DNA of 63,978 bases, the filler included, from Octopus bimaculoides (lineage: Eukaryota): assembly GCF_001194135.2 (NCBI RefSeq). It is 5 parts of 4 records of this genome, joined end to end, with 100 filler letters (N's around TTAATTAATTAA, not from the genome) between each part and the next. Parts side by side here need not be neighbours in the genome. Positions count along the whole stretch, not along the records: positions 59,504 to 62,833 come from NW_026434360.1; positions 62,934 to 63,978 come from NC_068987.1; 3 more parts are not named here. The stretch is one strand, 5' to 3'. The notes below the pieces were generated by a model. That model searched no databases. It saw nothing but the letters and a program-made list of their open reading frames with translations, and was not told the origin of the DNA. How positions within the stretch are numbered: position 1 is the stretch's first letter; every line of letters begins with the position of its first letter. The position numbers and the translations under genes are program-made. Positions 61,271 through 63,978 of the stretch are shown here, one piece after another.

Positions 61271-62408
61271 GTACGCGCCTTTACACACACACACACACAC
61301 ACATATATGTAAAGTTTTATACACACACGTATATAAATATGAGCATACACATTTACAGGTATGTGTGTGTGTGTGCATATGTATATATGTATATGTATAT
61401 ATATATGTGTGTGTGTGTGAGAGTATGTGTATGTGTATGTGTGTATATATGTATGTATGTGTATATGTATGCGTATGTACATATAATATATGAACACATG
61501 TATGCATATGTATTTTGATATAGGAAATACTTAGTCATGGCAAGGCTAATAACCTGGTGTAGAACCCAACAGACATATATATATGTCTGTTATATATTGC
61601 AGAGCCGTATGTGGAAAAAGAGTCGACTCATGAAGAACAATGTTTATGTTAAGAACTTCATTAGCTTACAGATGTTTCTGCTATAGGATGCAGTGCACTC
61701 AAAGTTGGGTGTCTGCATAACATCAGATAGGCTTCATTGGACACTCAAATATGAAGTGCAATTTATTTGAGGAAAAAAAAAANNNNNNNNNNNNNNNNNN
61801 NNNNNNNNNNNNNNNNNNNNNNNNNNNNNNNNNNNNNNNNNNNNNNNNNNNNNNNNNNNNNNNNNNNNNNNNNNNNNNNNNNNNNNNNNNNNNNNNNNNN
61901 NNNNNNNNNNNNNNNNNNNNNNNNNNNNNNNNNNNNNNNNNNNNNNNNNNNNNNNNNNNNNNNNNNNNNNNNNNNNNNNNNNNNNNNNNNNNNNNNNNNN
62001 NNNNNNNNNNNNNNNNNNNNNNNNNNNNNNNNNNNNNNNNNNNNNNNNNNNNNNNNNNNNNNNNNNNNNNNNNNNNNNNNNNNNNNNNNNNNNNNNNNNN
62101 NNNNNNNNNNNNNNNNNNNNNNNNNNNNNNNNNNNNNNNNNNNNNNNNNNNNNNNNNNNNNNNNNNNNNNNNNNNNNNNNNNNNNNNNNNNNNNNNNNNN
62201 NNNNNNNNNNNNNNNNNNNNNNNNNNNNNNNNNNNNNNNNNNNNNNNNNNNNNNNNNNNNNNNNNNNNNNNNNNNNNNNNNNNNNNNNNNNNNNNNNNAT
62301 ATATATGTCTATCTCTCAATTGCTGAATGCATTTGTCTATTATCTATCTATCTATCTATCTAAATATATATACATATGAAGTTGTGTGTATGTATGTATG
62401 TATGTATG

Positions 62409-62456
<48 letters not shown>

Positions 62457-62933
62457 TAACAGACACACACAGAGACACACCGTATGTACGCACATACGCG
62501 AGTGAGAAATGCGTACGAGCGTATAGTATAAATGCATACATACGTATTTGCATGTATACTGTAAATAGATATGAGTTTTTGCATAAACACACACACGCAT
62601 ATTCATGTATATATATCTGTAGTTACATCTATAAACACATACACATAAAATATCGGCATCGTCATGGAAACCACCTACAAACAAAACGGTGATTTGCGTA
62701 TTCAAATTTAATACGTTCCGACAGATTAATCGTTGTTGTATTTCAGCATATATGGGTGTATGTGTGTATGCACACACAAACACACATATATATACATGCA
62801 TATATATATATACATATATATACATATATATACNNNNNNNNNNNNNNNNNNNNNNNNNNNNNNNNNNNNNNNNNNNNTTAATTAATTAANNNNNNNNNNN
62901 NNNNNNNNNNNNNNNNNNNNNNNNNNNNNNNNN

Positions 62934-62978
<45 letters not shown>

Positions 62979-63189
62979 TAATTCCTATGTGTATCTGCCT
63001 ATTATATATATGCACATACATATGTACATGCATACATACACACACGCATACATACATACACACATGCATACATACAATACGCATGCATGCATACACACAC
63101 GNNNNNNNNNNACGATCATGATGCTGACACCCTAACCACTAGGCCACGCGCCTCCACCTATTCATCTATTACTGACTCAATTAACGCGG

Positions 63190-63500
63190 ATGGGTCAGTG
63201 GTGAATAGATGCACTCGAATAGAGACACTATCGTCTGGTATTCTTCAACACCGTCTTGCCCTATCAAGCAAACATCGTTTTTTAAACTCTACATATTCCT
63301 ACCCAGGATCAACAACACAGTGAGCTATTACAACCACCGATCATCTCATTCATGGCAAAATTACATCAATAGCATTACTAAAACCGCATCCTATGAGTAC
63401 GGTTTCCTCTTCAGTGTCAGGAGTTATCCCAAACTCAGATCAATTACTGATCCGGTACCACACAGGAATGTTGGGTCCCACCTTAATTGGAATACTCTGC
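63190..63500 (+). pseudogene. CR1/L2-type LINE RT C-terminal fragment
   Basis: SWQNYINSITKTASYEYGFLFSVRSY / QLLIRY...GPTL..ILCT matches the W..YI.SI.K.AS..LGFL.R....L..LY....RP..EYC pattern. Confidence 0.65.
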
Positions 63501-63517
63501 ACATATTCCGAATCAGC

Positions 63518-63541
63518 GCTGCTGCTGCTGCTGCTGGTGTT

Positions 63542-63607
<66 letters not shown>

Positions 63608-63652
63608 GAGGTGGTGGTAGAGGTGGTGGTGTCAGCAGCAGCAACAACAACA
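63518..63652. repeat. Compound trinucleotide repeat (CTG)n(CTA)n(GGT)n(CAG/CAA)n
   Basis: Directly visible. Confidence 0.95.
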
Positions 63653-63767
63653 CCTCCTTCTTCTTCTCCCTTCCTTTCTTCACTTTCATTTTCAAATTTC
63701 CTCACAATTTCTTGACACTTCACTCTCAGGCTTTACTAGTCTATTTGATTTTATTCTTGTCTCTTTC

Positions 63768-63820
<53 letters not shown>

Positions 63821-63978
63821 GCCCCGATGCAGTACCAGGCAGTGGCTCTCGTGGCTTCTGATCTTAATTGATTGGAAGTGTTATCATGTACGTTGTTTTG
63901 TCTTGGTATAAAAGATGGGCTACAGCAAATATTCTGCTCAATACCACAAATTTGCTTGTCAGTTGCTTGATCTTAACC
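63768..63978 (-). mobile_element. Retroposon 3' end with (ATT)n tail (RTE-like); continues beyond the window
   Basis: Unique sequence ...GAGAGCCACTGCCTGGTACTGCATCGGGGCA followed directly by (TTA)n on the minus strand; clade assignment is inference only. Confidence 0.4.

Overview
AT-rich eukaryotic draft-assembly window (about 5.6 kb of N gaps, four artificial N44-TTAATTAATTAA-N44 linkers), very probably from an octopus/cephalopod. This assignment is an inference from a mollusc-type mitochondrial atp6 insertion, the SINE families and the extreme microsatellite load. No intact, recognisable host gene is present. The window is a transposon graveyard: three tRNA-headed SINE families, decayed Tc1 and mariner transposases, piggyBac-, mariner- and Helitron-like non-autonomous elements, several long palindromic elements, a truncated Ty3/Gypsy element, two Tx1/L1 remnants, an R4/Dong-type endonuclease fragment, a CR1-type RT fragment, a Penelope-like (Naiad-type) RT fragment and an atp6 NUMT. 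Two observations stand out. (1) Minimal hammerhead-ribozyme cores recur, several sitting in the arms of inverted-repeat elements and one pair in an unusual permuted order. (2) A probable terminal coding exon (minus strand, 50936-51221) carries an in-frame 37-aa duplication with mostly synonymous differences. All calls were made by eye, without database searches.
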